A stretch of DNA of 64,000 nucleotides from Octopus bimaculoides (GCF_001194135.2 NC_068982.1:150976660-151040659), one strand, 5' to 3'; numbered from the stretch's first letter, positions 12,720 to 26,322 are shown. Notes: generated by a model not told the origin, from the letters alone. Translations and numbers: made by a program.

Positions 12720-13790
12720 GTCACTGTAAGTTGACTATCTTACATGTTTTATACTACCTAATCACTCTAAGTTTTCTTTCTTACATATATTGTCTGTCAT
12801 GTTACCTTATACTGTCATGGTTGTATAACATATACAGTCATATCATATACTGTTCTGCTTGCCTGACATAGTGTATACTGTCTTGCCACTGATTTATTTT
12901 TCATATTTTATACTATCTGATTACTGTAGGTTATTCTATTTCCCTGAACTTCACTTTATAAGTTGTATGTTTTAACTATACTAATCTATCACTGTAAGGT
13001 GTCTTTCTTATATATCCTATATTGTCTTATCATTGAAAACTGCCTGTCTTACATATTACAAACTGTTTTGTTAATATAAGTCGTTTTTCTTAACTTATAT
13101 TGTAATGCTATTGTAGATTATTCTGATTTGTGACTGTATGTAGTCTATGTTACATATTTGGAATTGTCTTATCACTGTAGATGTTTGTCTTATACTATAT
13201 TGTCATTGTTTTTCTGACACACCTTATACTGTCTTGGCACAATAGGTTGTCTTTCTTATTTATACTGTCTTATCATTGTAGGTTGTCATTCTTACATCTA
13301 CTATACTGTCATTATCTTTCTTACATTCAGATACCGTCTTGTCACTGTAGATTGCCTGTCTTTAATGTCACTGTAAGTTGTCTTACATAACTTATATCAT
13401 CTTGTCACCATTGACTGACATTGATACATATACTGTCATGTTACTATGAGTTGTTTTTCTTACACACCTTATAATGTTTTGCTACTGTTAGTTGTCTTAC
13501 ATATATTACATTATCACTATTATTTGTCTTCTTAAAATATCTTATATTCCTTATCACTCCAAGTTGTTTTTCTTATATATATTATCTTATAATTGGAAGT
13601 TGCCTTACATAACTTATACTGTCTTATCATTCTGTGTTGTCTGACATATTGTATATGTAAGAAACTATAGGTTTTCTTACATATCCCCTGATTCTATACT
13701 GTCTTAGATATCTTATACTGTCTTCTCATTGTAAACTGTTTGTCTTTCATAATTTATACTGTCTTGTAAAAGGCAAGCTGTCTTTCTTAT
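12720..13790. repeat. Degenerate minisatellite, unit about 33-42 bp (core tatactgtcttatcactgtaggttgtctttcttac)
   Basis: The tatactgtc-type core recurs more than 10 times at roughly regular spacing. Confidence 0.8.
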
Positions 13791-14053
13791 AGATATTATA
13801 TTTAGTGATATATGTCATGTTCATTTACATTCTGAATTCAAATTCTGTCAAAGATATCTCCAAATATTTTATCAGTACAAGTCACATTTGACATTATGGT
13901 GTGTGTTTATAAAGAATTTTATATTATTTGTCTATTTAGCATTTTTTATTATACATTGTCATTATGTATTTTGTTGCTGATATGATCATAAAAAGAGAGG
14001 ACTGCTCTCATCCAAGTTCATCTTCTATAATTACCCTCTCCTCTTCTTTACAG

Positions 14054-14078
14054 GTCATGTAGCTCCGAACAAATGGAG
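14054..14078 (+). CDS. Gene B 25-nt micro-exon, (G)HVAPNKW(R)
   Basis: Near-consensus acceptor ccctctcctcttctttacag and donor GAG|gtaaga. Phase 1 to 2. Confidence 0.55.
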
Positions 14079-14703
14079 GTAAGATACAGAAGTGAGAACT
14101 TTTTTGTTTTGCAGCATATAAGGCAACTTCACTAATGCTGGTGCCATAATAAAATACACCCAGTATATTCTATAAAGTGGTAGGTAAATAAGCGGTGACA
14201 ATGTAGATTTGAGCAGTCCCTTTACTCGTCTTGTTGAGAACACGATAAACTATCTAATGCTGGGGTCACAACAAATTACACAATAAACAGTATGCTCTGT
14301 AAAATGGTTAGCTTCAAGAAAAGTAACCAGTCATAGAAACCATGCTAAAATAAAATGAACGAGCAGAATATTCTCCCCAGGCCCGGCTAGGAGAAGAGTA
14401 ATTCAAAGTAAGAAATGGTTTGGACTGTAATGACCTGTTCAATCAATGCTTGCATGGAAAGTGGATGCGAAATGATGATAATTCCATGTTGTATTGTTTT
14501 TCCTTCTTTTATTCCATAATTCAATATCATCATGGTAATGTCTATTTTTCCATGCTTGCATGGGTCAGCTGATTCTGCAAAAACCCCATCACTTGATAAT
14601 TTGCTTTTGTAATGTCCTCTCATTTGTAGGACTTGTGGCAAGTAAAAATATTATTGTTATTATTATTATTATCATTTTGAACAATGAGATATTTTAGAAA
14701 AAT

Positions 14704-14859
14704 TCTTCTTCTTCTTCTTCTTCCCCCCCATCTTCCTCTTCTTTTTCCTCCTCCTCCTCTTATTCCTCCTCCTCCTCCTCTTCTTCTTCTTCTTCTTCTT
14801 CTCCACCTCCTCCTCCTCTTCTTCTTCTTCCTCCTCTTCTTCTTCTTCTTCTTCTTCTT

Positions 14860-14888
<29 letters not shown>
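14704..14888. repeat. (CTT)n/(CCT)n polypyrimidine microsatellite
   Basis: Directly visible. Confidence 0.95.
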
Positions 14889-14890
<2 letters not shown>

Positions 14891-15552
14891 TTATTATTAT
14901 TATTAACAACAACAACAATAATGATGATAATAGTTTCAGCATCTATTTCTTCACACTAGCATGAAATGCTTTATAGGTTGACTAGCTGGCTAGCTGGCTG
15001 ATTGGCAAATTGCATTAGGCAAGAGCAAATATGAAATCCATAAATGTCTGATATATTTTTACAGATTTGATTTATGTAGCGAGTGATGTTAATATAATAA
15101 TTATGTTGTAAATATGAATAACAGAGCATTATAGTGAAGCAGACTGCTCTCTCTCTCTGCACACAAGCAGAAAGGATTGAGCACATTCAGAGATTCTGAA
15201 CAGAGTACTAGAAAGAGCAGAGAGGGTAAGACCCTATTCAAGTTGACAGAATATAGATTGAAAAATAATTGCAGTGATAATGATGATGATAAAACTATTA
15301 CTGCAACTACATGGAGATGTTCGTGATGATAACACTACTACTACAACCACATGATTATGTTCTTGATGATGCTAGTATGATTACAGCTACATGGTAATGA
15401 TGATGATAATAGTATAGCCAAATGGTAATAATAATATTTTAGGATTTGCAGAGGAAGCAGGAAAAAAAATAATGAAAAAAAAAAAAATACCCAAGTGATT
15501 GATATGCATTTAAAAAGTTAGCTCATTGATTAGTGAACTGGTAATGACTAAC

Positions 15553-15591
15553 CTGCCAACATTCTGTGTCCTTTTGTCTCTTCTATTGCTA
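15553..15591 (-). CDS. Gene A 39-nt symmetric exon, (V)AIEETKGHRMLA
   Basis: Acceptor ctattttag, donor CAG|gttagt. Phase 1 to 1 and open, bridging the flanking exons into a continuous helical-looking sequence. Confidence 0.55.
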
Positions 15592-16214
15592 CTAAAATAG
15601 TTTTTGTTCACTGATAAACTAGAAAACTTTACCAGCAATGTCCAAGTCCCTCCTTATTCACCTAACTCCTCTCTTCAACCCTACTGTATTTTATTTCTCA
15701 AACCCAACTCTAAGCACAATATTCTCCATTTCTTTCTTCAGATAACTAAAACTCTTTGGTGCATCCTCTTAGTTCCTATTTTCCTTAGAGTAATCAACCC
15801 TCAGAAGTTCAAAATTAAACATTAAGTGCATCAACCTTATTTTGAAGAGACAGTGGGCAGTCATCATCATCATCATCATCATCATTCACTGTCCCCACTT
15901 TCCATGCTGGCATGGGTTGGACAGTTTGACCGAGGGCTGGCAAGCCAGAAGGCTCCAATCTGATCTGGTAAAGTTTCTACAGCTGGATGCCCTTCCTAAC
16001 ACCAACAAGTGTCCCTAATTATTAAATTATGTTACTTGACATGGAAATACAGGCTTATTTAAGAGATTAAATAGGACAAGGTTGTCCTATCAGGTAAAAG
16101 TAAATCCAAATAGCATAAAACAGTATTTCTACAGGATTATTTAGGTGAGATTACTTACTTGTCCATCATAAACAAAACAATTATAATTCTTACTTTCTTA
16201 TTGCTTAACTTCAG

Positions 16215-16449
16215 GATAGTCCTGGTTCAGCAAACCTATGATGAGAAGCAACTCAAACATAACAGTGATGTTTTTCTTTATTCACCTCTGTATTATGTAA
16301 TGTGCCCTCCATTACTGTTGTTCTTGAGCTTAAGATCAGTCCTTGTCCACCAGATCAATGATATTCTATTTATGACCATCCTGCCTTTATATTCAAGTAA
16401 TGTATCAAGGACTATATTATCTAATGAGTCTTTTCTTCTTATTGTTTAG
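16215..16449 (+). CDS. Candidate next or terminal exon of gene B, (R)IVLVQQTYDEKQLKHN...
   Basis: Acceptor ctttcttattgcttaacttcag. Phase-2 frame is open to the stop at 16449. No strong donor. An alternative phase-2 acceptor at 15065 gives RFDLCSE*. Confidence 0.3.
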
Positions 16450-17707
16450 TCCAAGGTCAGCTCTAATCCAGTAGAATTAATAATAAAAGATGTTCCTACT
16501 GGGAATATTTTTATTTTATTCAGACATAATGTATCTATGACTACACTATGAAATATGACTTTCTAATTTTAAACAGTAGGCAGGGTGTCATTTGAAAGAA
16601 ATTTGGCAGCTATTTCTAACAGATTAAGCTAGCTGTAACTTCACAGAGGCTGCTTTGTTGTTTATGTTGATGCTGAAGTAAAAGATATTAACAACTGTAG
16701 TTGATTCTCTGATGGGATGTAAAATAAGTTCAATTGTAATTGGCTGCTGAAGTTTCATCTATAACAATTACAAACACAGTTTAGGTTTCTGAGAAGTAGT
16801 TGAAATGCTGTCTAAACCAGCTAATTTATTGAAATATAGAAGAACATGTTTAGATGATTTTTTTTTCATTTTTTTACTTAATATATTCTTGAGTCTGGAA
16901 GCTGTTATAGTGTTGTAGGCAGTTTTATACAATTTTCATGATGACTTAGTTTTTGTTTTCATTAGATACATACATTGTTTTTCTGCTATGTATACAAACA
17001 TCCTAAGCCACATTTAAACAAAGATTACCTGATTAATTAGAAACTCATTTACCAACAAATTAAAACTTCTAACCCACAGATGTATTGTCTGTTCTCTGCC
17101 TATTCTATCGCAACAGCTCCAGCTTCATTGAATTAGCTGCTTACATACCACTTTCATTCAGATCTACAAGCCTCTCCACCCCATGTTAAATGTCAAATCC
17201 TGCATTAATCACTTCCAATAATCAGATTTTCAACCTTCTGAAATTTCCATCTTCGTATGTTCAAACGGAACATCAACCAAATCAATTGCACCAGCCTGAG
17301 AATGTTACTGAGGGGTATTGGAATGCCCCTTCCTCCTCCTAAACCATTAAGCAAAAAGTTATACCCATTTTCTTATAATTGGATAGTTTAAATTCTTATA
17401 ATTGCATGGTTTGAAATTTGCTATTTTGACGAAATGTTAGAGTAATCAGTTGAGGTTGTGAATCTTCAAAAGTCTAGATAACCATTAAATCCATATTGCT
17501 GAATTTCTCAACAACATAAACCGTTGTAAGCAAATGAATGTGCCTAACTAATGAATTCCATATAATTACGTGAATGATAGTTGGAGCCTATAACCTTGTG
17601 GTGTACAGTACAACATCATCAGTATGCCTGAAAGCATACTTGAAGAGATATATTTATCATAAGAATAGTTTTTGTGTAAAATACAAAATACTCTGATATA
17701 ACTTTAC

Positions 17708-17879
17708 CCCTTTCAGATGCTAAGTCAAGTTGGAGTTCTTTCACTTGTATTTGGTATTTATTCCAGTCAAGGAAAACTTCACTGTTACTCTCTCCTAGGA
17801 ATGAGTCCGATAAATCTGCCATATCTGGGAATGTTTTATTGAGTGGGAATGTTTTCTCTATTGGTGCTGGGATATAATT
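17708..17879 (-). CDS. Gene A internal exon, NYIPAPIEKTFPLNKTFPDMADLSDSFLGESNSEVFLDWNKYQIQVKELQLDLASER; uncharacterised coiled-coil-like protein
   Basis: Acceptor tgcttttatttcag, donor G|gtaaag. 172 nt, only one open frame (phase 0 to 1). Lies inside track ORF 17619-18002. Confidence 0.75.
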
Positions 17880-18451
17880 CTGAAATAAAAGCAAACATTT
17901 TAAAGAGAAAACAAAACTTATAAATTTCATGTTATTTGGTACAATAGTTAGTACAGAGGTGTTGTAGCTCATAAATATTTTATGTGAAATAACCAGAACC
18001 ATATTTTTTTTTACTTTATGAAAGAATGAATGTATAAATTTATTAGTATACTTGTACCATCAAAAATGATGTTATTTTAAAAGAAATAAGCTAAAACTGG
18101 TATTTAATACATGAATTAACATAACATATATTCCATATATTTGATATAAACTTGTTACGACATCATATATTGCTAGGCTGGGTTATGATTAAATTTCATT
18201 TACCAAAAGTAGCATATTCTGTCAATAAGCAATGTAGTTTGCATTCTATACAAATAATATGAATATATCATTATGCCCTATACATAAAGCTGTTGCAGTG
18301 AAACACACACTGCGATATATACAAATTTTATTTAATATATGCTCAATGCATATATTTCCTAAGGTGATACAAATAAATTCTTGTATAAAATATATTACAA
18401 GTTTCATGTATTAAGCATGCATGCATCCATAAATATATATATTTTTCAAAT

Positions 18452-18500
<49 letters not shown>

Positions 18501-19924
18501 TGTACAGTACATCGTACATATCTTAGGCATTTCTGCTTAATTAAGCATATTTTTTGTTACATTTTTTGAGAAGAATCTCTTTCCAATCAGATTTACTTGA
18601 TCATTTCTTCTATGTAAAACCACAGATTTTTCTTACTTTTAGTGCGTGTGCATGCACACACACACAAGTATATAACAGAAGATAAAAATAATAAACAACT
18701 TAGTGTATTTTCCTCCCTATGGGAATTGAACTTGTGAACTTCTTAGTCTCTTAGTTCTACTATTGAACTATGTGATAAACATTTATGTAAAAATAATATA
18801 CAACAAAGCTTATTACAGAAAAAGATACATGAATGCCAATTGTTGTTATTCTGCTAGTATGTATTATTATTTAAAACAGATTCTTTGGAGCATTTATAAT
18901 AGAATTCATGCTGCATAATTTGTGTGAGACATTAGAGCTGTATTCACACACATATACACATGTATGTGTGTACATTATTTATATATATATAAAGAGAATC
19001 TAGTATTTGTTTAATAAATCAGAATCAAGATTGTTGCTATATGATTTAAAAACAAAAAGGAAAAGAAAAGAAAGCAAACTACAGAAACAAAAAGTATAAG
19101 ATTTTATAAAAAATATCTGCATTTCATATGATAAGAAACAATGCATATACTGTACAAATATTTAAAATATAACATTCATTTCTGCATGTAATAAGTTTCT
19201 GATCATCTATTCATGATTACTAAACTTATCCATCCAGATTTTCATTCAAAAATTATATATATTACATCTATATATGTGTTTCCCTATTGTTGAGTTTGTA
19301 TTTCTCCACTTGCTTGCGCATGTGCACTTAATCAGTGTGAGAGATGTGTGGGTGTGTTTTATTATATACATGAATCTTGTGAATATCTATGCATATGTAC
19401 AAGTGTGTCTATTTCCATATGTTTGTCAGTACACCTTCTCTGATAGATGTGTGTGTGTGTGCACAAATGATAGGTGCCTAGGACTTGCGGGTTTGTGTGT
19501 ATTTTCATAAATGTCTCATTGTAGCATGAGTGTCCTTTCCTTTACTTCCTCTTAATCTCTCTCTCACCTTATAATTCTCTTTCTCATCTTTCTCATCATT
19601 ATCCCTCCTCTATCTTTCCTTCATTGTTTATTCTCTTTCTTCTGTCCCCCTTTTCCCTACTACACTTTAGTGGGACACAAAACAAATATACATCCAGATA
19701 AATACACAATGAAGTTTATTATAGTAAATTTCAGCTTGGAACACACAAGAGTGTACAAAGAAGGTATTATGATATTTAGCTCCAGTGCACAACTGATTCT
19801 GCCAAATAGCTGCACTACAAATATCATTTTTGTTGTTGCTTAGTCCCAAGACAACCAAAGCAATAACAGTTTCCATTATTGGTTGACACATACATCTACA
19901 CAAACAAACATGTGTACATGCAGC

Positions 19925-19966
<42 letters not shown>

Positions 19967-20636
19967 GAAATTGCAGATTCGAATGAGATAGCATAATGGT
20001 TAACCAATGCTTAGAACTCTATGAAAGTCCATATATTTTCAAATTCTAATCAAGTGTTAGAAAAACTTTATCCTCTGATTTTCTTTTGGTAGTATATACA
20101 TGTGAATAATATAGAATGTATATCAAAGAGAAAAATAAAATAGCAAATTTATATTACCTTTTTATTATAACATCATAAATTACAAAATCCTTACATGTTT
20201 TACTAGTGAATACTAGTATGTTGTGCAGTAGTTGCAAGGGAGATGGATTTCAAATCTTCAGAAGAAAGTAATAATTTTTCATTTAGTTTTTTATTTAGCA
20301 CTGCTTACCAACTGAGGTTGGTAAATAACAATGGATTGAATTACTATTTTCTTCAGAAGAGCTGGGTTTCTAGGGGATTATGTGACTGACTACCTAGCAA
20401 TTACTACACAACATACAAATATTCACTAGCAACACACATGTAAAGACTATTGAAATTATGACGTTACAATAAAAAGTTAATCTAAATCTCCCATTTTATT
20501 CTGGTTTTGTGTGAGTGGGGGGGGGCATGACGTAGACCTTTGGCATTATGTTGTGCTTGAGAAGAATACACATACGCACATATACATAAACATACACACA
20601 GACACACACACACATATATATATATATATTTGCATA

Positions 20637-21105
20637 TGGCTGAGGACAGCTGCATAAAGAAGTGCCAAGCTCTAATTGTGGAGGGAACCTTGGAAGAAGG
20701 AGACCCAAGAAGATGTGGGATGAAGTAGTGAGAAAGGATCTTTGGACACTGGGCCTCACTGAGGAAATGACAAGGGACAGGGAGTTGTAATGATTTGATG
20801 TACTTGAGAAGACACATCGAGCTAAGTAAAATCACTGCCATCCATGCTTGTCCTTTGCAGGTGCCAGTGCAACATAAAATGCGCTTGTGCTGGTGCTGCA
20901 TAAATGCACCTATGCTGGTGGCAGGTAAAAAGCACCTAGCACCCTCTGTAAAGTGAGTGGCATGAGGAAGGGCATCCAGCCATAGAAACCATGCCAGAAC
21001 AGACAAATGGAGCCTGAACAGCTCTCCAGTTGGCCAGTTCTATGTTAAATTGTCCAACCTGTGTCAGAATGGAAAACGGATGTTAAGCAATGATGATGAT
21101 GATGA
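20637..21105 (+). mobile_element. RTE LINE 3' fragment
   Basis: ORF end, 3' UTR and (GAT)n tail followed by (TA)n. Confidence 0.8.
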
Positions 21106-21121
21106 TATATATATATATATA

Positions 21122-23551
21122 TAGCATGGAGAAGAAGGGTCTGGAAGCTTAAGGATCCTGTGAATGGACAGAAATTTAGAGATGTATTACTTGAAGCTTT
21201 TGATGAAATATAGGAGGATACAGCATCACATGATGTGGAAGACAACTGGAGTTTCCTACGGGACAACCTGTTGAGGGTTACTGACCAGATCTGTGGATGG
21301 TATAAAGTCCTCTCTCGACCCAACATAACAGGTCCATTAGGGAAAAGAAACAGGCATGGAAGAATGATGGTAGCTGTGATTTGTATCAGATTGCTATAAG
21401 GGAAGCTAAGAGACAGGTTTACTTAGCCAAAGGGGAAGCAGATAAGAAAAACTTTGCCAATGTTCTGCGTTGTGAGGACCAAAGACAGTGTGTGAGAGAG
21501 AATTATGATGTCATAGGAGAGAAATGTGTCCGCAAGAGAGTCTGCTGAATGTCGACCCAACAAAGGGACCAGCTATCCGAATTGACAGTACCTTGGTAGA
21601 TAAAGCAATTAAGGGTATGAAGACAGTGAAAGCCCTCAGTCCATCAGGAATCACTGCAGAGATGCTCAAAATATCTAACTGTGTCGGTCAGTCTAGTCAC
21701 CCATATAGGTGATACATGACTGAGTCATACCCAATGACTGGTGTAGCATTAGGTCTGAATAATTACAGTGGTATCAAATTGTTGGATCAGGCAATGAAAG
21801 TCACAGAGAGGGTCATAGCCCAATTAATTAGGGAGAGAGTTAGTATAGAGATGCAGTTTGGGTTTGTGCCAAGGAAAGGCACCACTGATGCTATATTTCT
21901 TGTAAGACAGCTGCAGGAGAAATACCTAGCCAAAGATAAACCTCTGTACCTGGCTTTCGTTGACATGGAGAAAGCCTTTGACAAGGTCCCCCGATCCCTT
22001 ATCTGGTGGTCAATGAGGAAACTAGGGATAGATGAGTGGTTAGTGAGAGCTGTACAAGCTATATACAGGGATGCTGTCAGTGAGGTGAGGGTTGGCAATG
22101 AGTATAGTGAAGAATTCCGGGTAGGGTTCCACCAAGGATCAGTGCTCAGCCCCCTCTTATTCATCACAGTCCTCCAGGCAATAACAGAGGAATTCAAGGC
22201 AGGTTGCCCCTCAGAGCTTCTCTATGCTGATGACCTTACTTTAAAAGCTGAGTCACTATCAGAACTAGAGGAGAAGTGTCAGGTGTGGAAGTAAGGTCTA
22301 GGATCGAAGGGCCTTAGAGTCAATCTAGCAAAAACCAAAATCTTAATGAGTAGGAAGGCAATCAAATCACAAATCCCTTCAGATAGATCTGTAGAAAAGG
22401 TGTAGGTAGAAACTTCATAAGCTGTATCCGGTGTAAGCTATGGACACATAATAGGTGCAACAATATCAAAGGAAGGCTAACTGGGAAGATAGTTTTTGTG
22501 TGTGGCAAATGCTCAGGTAAAAACTGAAAATGTGCAGAGAACAGCTTCTGTCACATGCCAGGGGGGGAAAACTAGAAGTGGCTGATAGCTTCCATTACCT
22601 AGGTGACCAAGTCAGTAGCGGGGTGGGGGGATGCTCTGAGAGTGTAGCTGCTAGAATAAGAATAGCCTGGGTAAAGTTCAGAGAGCTCCTACCTTTTCTG
22701 GTGACAAAGGGCCTCTCGCTCAGAGTAAAAGGTAGACTGTATGATGTATGTGTGCGAACAGCCATGCTACACGGCAGTAAAACATGGGCCATGACTGCAG
22801 AGGACATGCATAAGCTTGCAAGGAATGAAGCTAGTATGCTCCGCTGGATGTGTAGTGTCAGTGTGCATACACGATAGATTGTAAGCGCCCTGAAAAGAAA
22901 GTTGGACATAAGAAGCATCAGATGTGGTGTGCAAGAGAGACGACTGCACTGATGTGGTCATGGGTTGTGTATGGATGAGGACAGCTGTGTGAAAAAGTGT
23001 CACACCCTAGCAGTAGAGAGAACCTGTGGAAGAGGTAAACCCAGGAAGACCTGGGATGAGATGGTGAAGCATGACCTTTGAATGTTGGGCCTCACGGAGG
23101 CAATGACAAGTAACTGAGACCTTTGGAGATATGCTGTGCTTGAGAAGACCCAGCAAGCCAAGTGAGACCATAACCGTGGCCTATGCCAGTGCAACTTTAC
23201 CAGCCCATTTAAGAGTTCCCTTCAATCATTGGACAATAAAGTGCGCTTACGAAGACCTGTTGAGTCAAGAGAAGACATTGTTGTGGCTGATGACAGTACC
23301 GCCTGATTGGCACCCGTGCCAGTGGCACGTAAAAATCACCATTTGAGCATGGTTGTTGCCAGTGACTCCCATGCCAGTGGCAAGTATAAAGCACCATTGA
23401 AGCGTGTTTGATGCCAGTACCGCCTGATTGGCCTTCATGCTAGTGGCACGTAAAAAGCACCCACTACATTCTTGGAGTGGTTGGCATTAGGAAGGGCATC
23501 CAGCTGTAGAAACTTAGCCAGATCAGCATGGAAAGTAGACAGTAAACGACG
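21122..23551 (+). mobile_element. RTE-clade LINE, defective, with reverse transcriptase remnant
   Basis: ORF 21716-22294 has QFGFVPRKGTTDAIF, AFVDMEKAFDKV, GFHQGSVLSPLLF and ELLYADDL. Stops and deletions elsewhere. Confidence 0.95.
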
Positions 23552-23732
23552 ATATCGCTAGCTACTTCACATTCTTTATTTTCTCTCCTTGTTTCGTTTT
23601 GTGCTCCTTTCTGTGGAAATGTGTAGACTTGAAACGTTAAAGACTTTTTCACTTCCCGAGCGTTAAACTAATACATCTATTTGTTGCCTACACCACCTGT
23701 TTTGTCTTTTGTTTGTTTTTTTGTGAATTCTC

Positions 23733-23783
<51 letters not shown>

Positions 23784-25034
23784 TACACACACATGCAGGA
23801 ATCTTCTGAGTTACAGGAGTAATTTGATCCTGAACATCTTGCTGTAATGTAAAATAAATTTTTCCATTTATATTCATGTCATAAAGTGACAATGCATTCC
23901 AACAGACTTTTTGGAAAACAATAACAAGAAAAAAAATCAACACAACCAACTTTTATGCATGAAAATAATTTCTGAACATACACAACACAATATATATAAA
24001 TAAAACATTTGAAGAGAAACATGACAGGGAATAAATAACAATGGCTTCTTCAAGTCCTATATCATTTTCAAGTGTCACAATATAATTATGAATTTATTGT
24101 AAATTTTCTGTTTGTGGAAAATTTGTAAAGTCATTGATACAGTTTAGCTATATATATTTTAGTGCCCATTATGTTGGACTTCTTCCAGAGGTTTCCTGTA
24201 TTAGGTTGATGCTCAGTTTAAGATGGAAAAAAGTGGAGGTGTGTGACATTTCAAATGTGACTTTTTGTCAGAAAGAAGAAAAGCTTGGAGAGAAGGAAGA
24301 AATAGTCCAAGAAAAGCACAACCACACATGCATTTTTCTTGGACTATTTTTTCCTTCTTTCTGGACCTTTCCACTTTCTAACAAAAAGCCATGCTCAAAA
24401 CACTACACCCCAACCTCTTTTTTTTTCCCATCTTACACTGAATGTCAATATTCACTGTGTGCATCCTTTTGAATTTTACTGTTTTGCTTTATTTTTTATT
24501 TCCAATTTGTCTATTATTGCATGCTGACACAGATCTATGTCCTTCCGACTATGATTTGGAGCAGCTAATTCCTGGATTTCCCTACACTGGATTACCTACC
24601 ATTATGTATACGTGGATTGGATTGGATTAGGTTGCCTATGTTCAGTCCATTGCAAGGTGAAGACCTTAGCATGTTCTCTCTACCAAACATGGTCTGATGT
24701 TGAGGCCATGAATTTGAGCTTCAGATCATACTGGTCTGATGAGCCAACTCTGCCACACCAGCTCAAAATGGCTTGACAGAGGGGTGAAGTTTTTTTTTTT
24801 GTTATACTCTTACCCAGGAGTACTTAAGTTGATTACATCGATCTCAGTGCTCAACTGGGACTTATTTTATTAACTCTGAAAGGATAAAAGGTAAAGCTGA
24901 CCAGTGAAATTTGAACTCAGAACATAAAGATGGCCGAAATACTGCTAAACATTTCACCCAGTGTGCTAATGATTCTACCAGCTTGCCTTATACACACACA
25001 AACGCATGTGCGCGTGCACACACATCTACATATA

Positions 25035-25560
25035 TATAAGAGGTGCATTCAAAAAGTATTCTATCTATTTTTCTTGCCAAAAACTAATGCCATGGGGGCA
25101 AAATCCTCTGGGTGGGAAGTGCTGCCACTTTTTGTGTGCATGCATGAAAATTTCTGCAGCCACATTAGTTGCCAGCTGTTACACCTAGAGTACAGATGTG
25201 TAGTGCACGCTCTTTGAATTGTCATTTTCACAGAAAATGACCAAATGCATCAAGCAGAGACCATAAGCCCATGTCTCATCATCAGTGATGATGGTCTACA
25301 TGAAATCTAGGTTATGGTTTGCACAGTTCAGCATGTCCTGAGTGATTTCCATGCAGAGTTGCTTCTGCTGCTCTGCCAGCACCTAGGAGATGAATTTCAC
25401 CAAGTCTCTGCATGCACAAATCGTCCATTAAAATGGAATGCACTAGTCCTGTGCTTATTCCCACTTTGTGAGCAAATTCCTGGATTGTTACATGATGGTC
25501 TTCCATGACCATTTGCTAAACCTTTTCAATTCACTTCTCATTTCAGCTTGTAGAAGGTCT
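25035..25560. mobile_element. Mariner fragment with internal inversion
   Basis: Plus-strand TIR-like 5' end up to ATG (MTKCIKQR), then a minus-strand HTH segment VMEDHHVTIQEFAHKVGISTGLVHSILMDDL. Confidence 0.7.
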
Positions 25561-26094
25561 CTCTGCATGCTCCTTTCACTCCCCTATTAGCTACACCCCT
25601 GGCTGATAGTATGAGTGGGGTGATGATGACAAGAATGAGGGATGGATGTCAACAAAAGTGGCTGAGAGGAGAGGAAGTGATGACTGGCAGTATAGAAAGG
25701 ATATGTGCAGCAGTTTAATCCAATAGCTAGAGAAGAAATGAAGAGATGAGAGTTAGGAACATGAAAGGTGAGGGTGGTGTGAGTGGGTGGGTAAATGTTG
25801 TAAGCATGTGTTGGGGGGAAAGTAAGAGATGGATTAAGATAGGGATGAATGTAGTAAGTAACAAAGTAAAGGGAAGGTCAACAGCTGATGATAAGATGTA
25901 TTTTTTCAGTGAGGTAGGCAAGAAATAACAGAAAATGTAACAAATAGGATCTATCTTGCAGCAATAATTATTGAAAGGAATAAACAAATGTTTCAAAATA
26001 AGCAACAGCTAACATCCTTATCTTTGATTTAATTTTTAAAAATATATATATATAAGATATATATAAATATAAATAAGATATATATATATATATA

Positions 26095-26322
26095 CTTCTT
26101 TATTGCCCACAGGGGGCTAAACATAGAGGGGACAAACAAGGACAGACAAAGGGATTAAGTTGATTACATTGACCCCAGTGCGTAACTGGTACTTACTTAA
26201 TCGACCCTGAAAGGATAAAAGCAAAGTTGACCTCGGAGGAATTTGAACTCACGATGTAATGGTAGATGAAATACCGCTAAGCTTTTCGCCCGGCGTGCTA
26301 ACGTTTTTGCCAGCTCGCCACC
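26095..26322 (-). mobile_element. tRNA-derived SINE, family 2 (central gcctttcatcctttcggggtcgat domain)
   Basis: Full-length match to 48770-48988. Head has A/B boxes. The central domain resembles the MetaSINE domain from memory (not verified). Confidence 0.85.

Noticed and set aside
15171-15225. Plus-strand exon-like segment (KGLSTFRDSEQSTRKSRE) with gtaaga donor
   Set aside because: Weak acceptor, and it gives an immediate stop in the phase required by the gene B chain.
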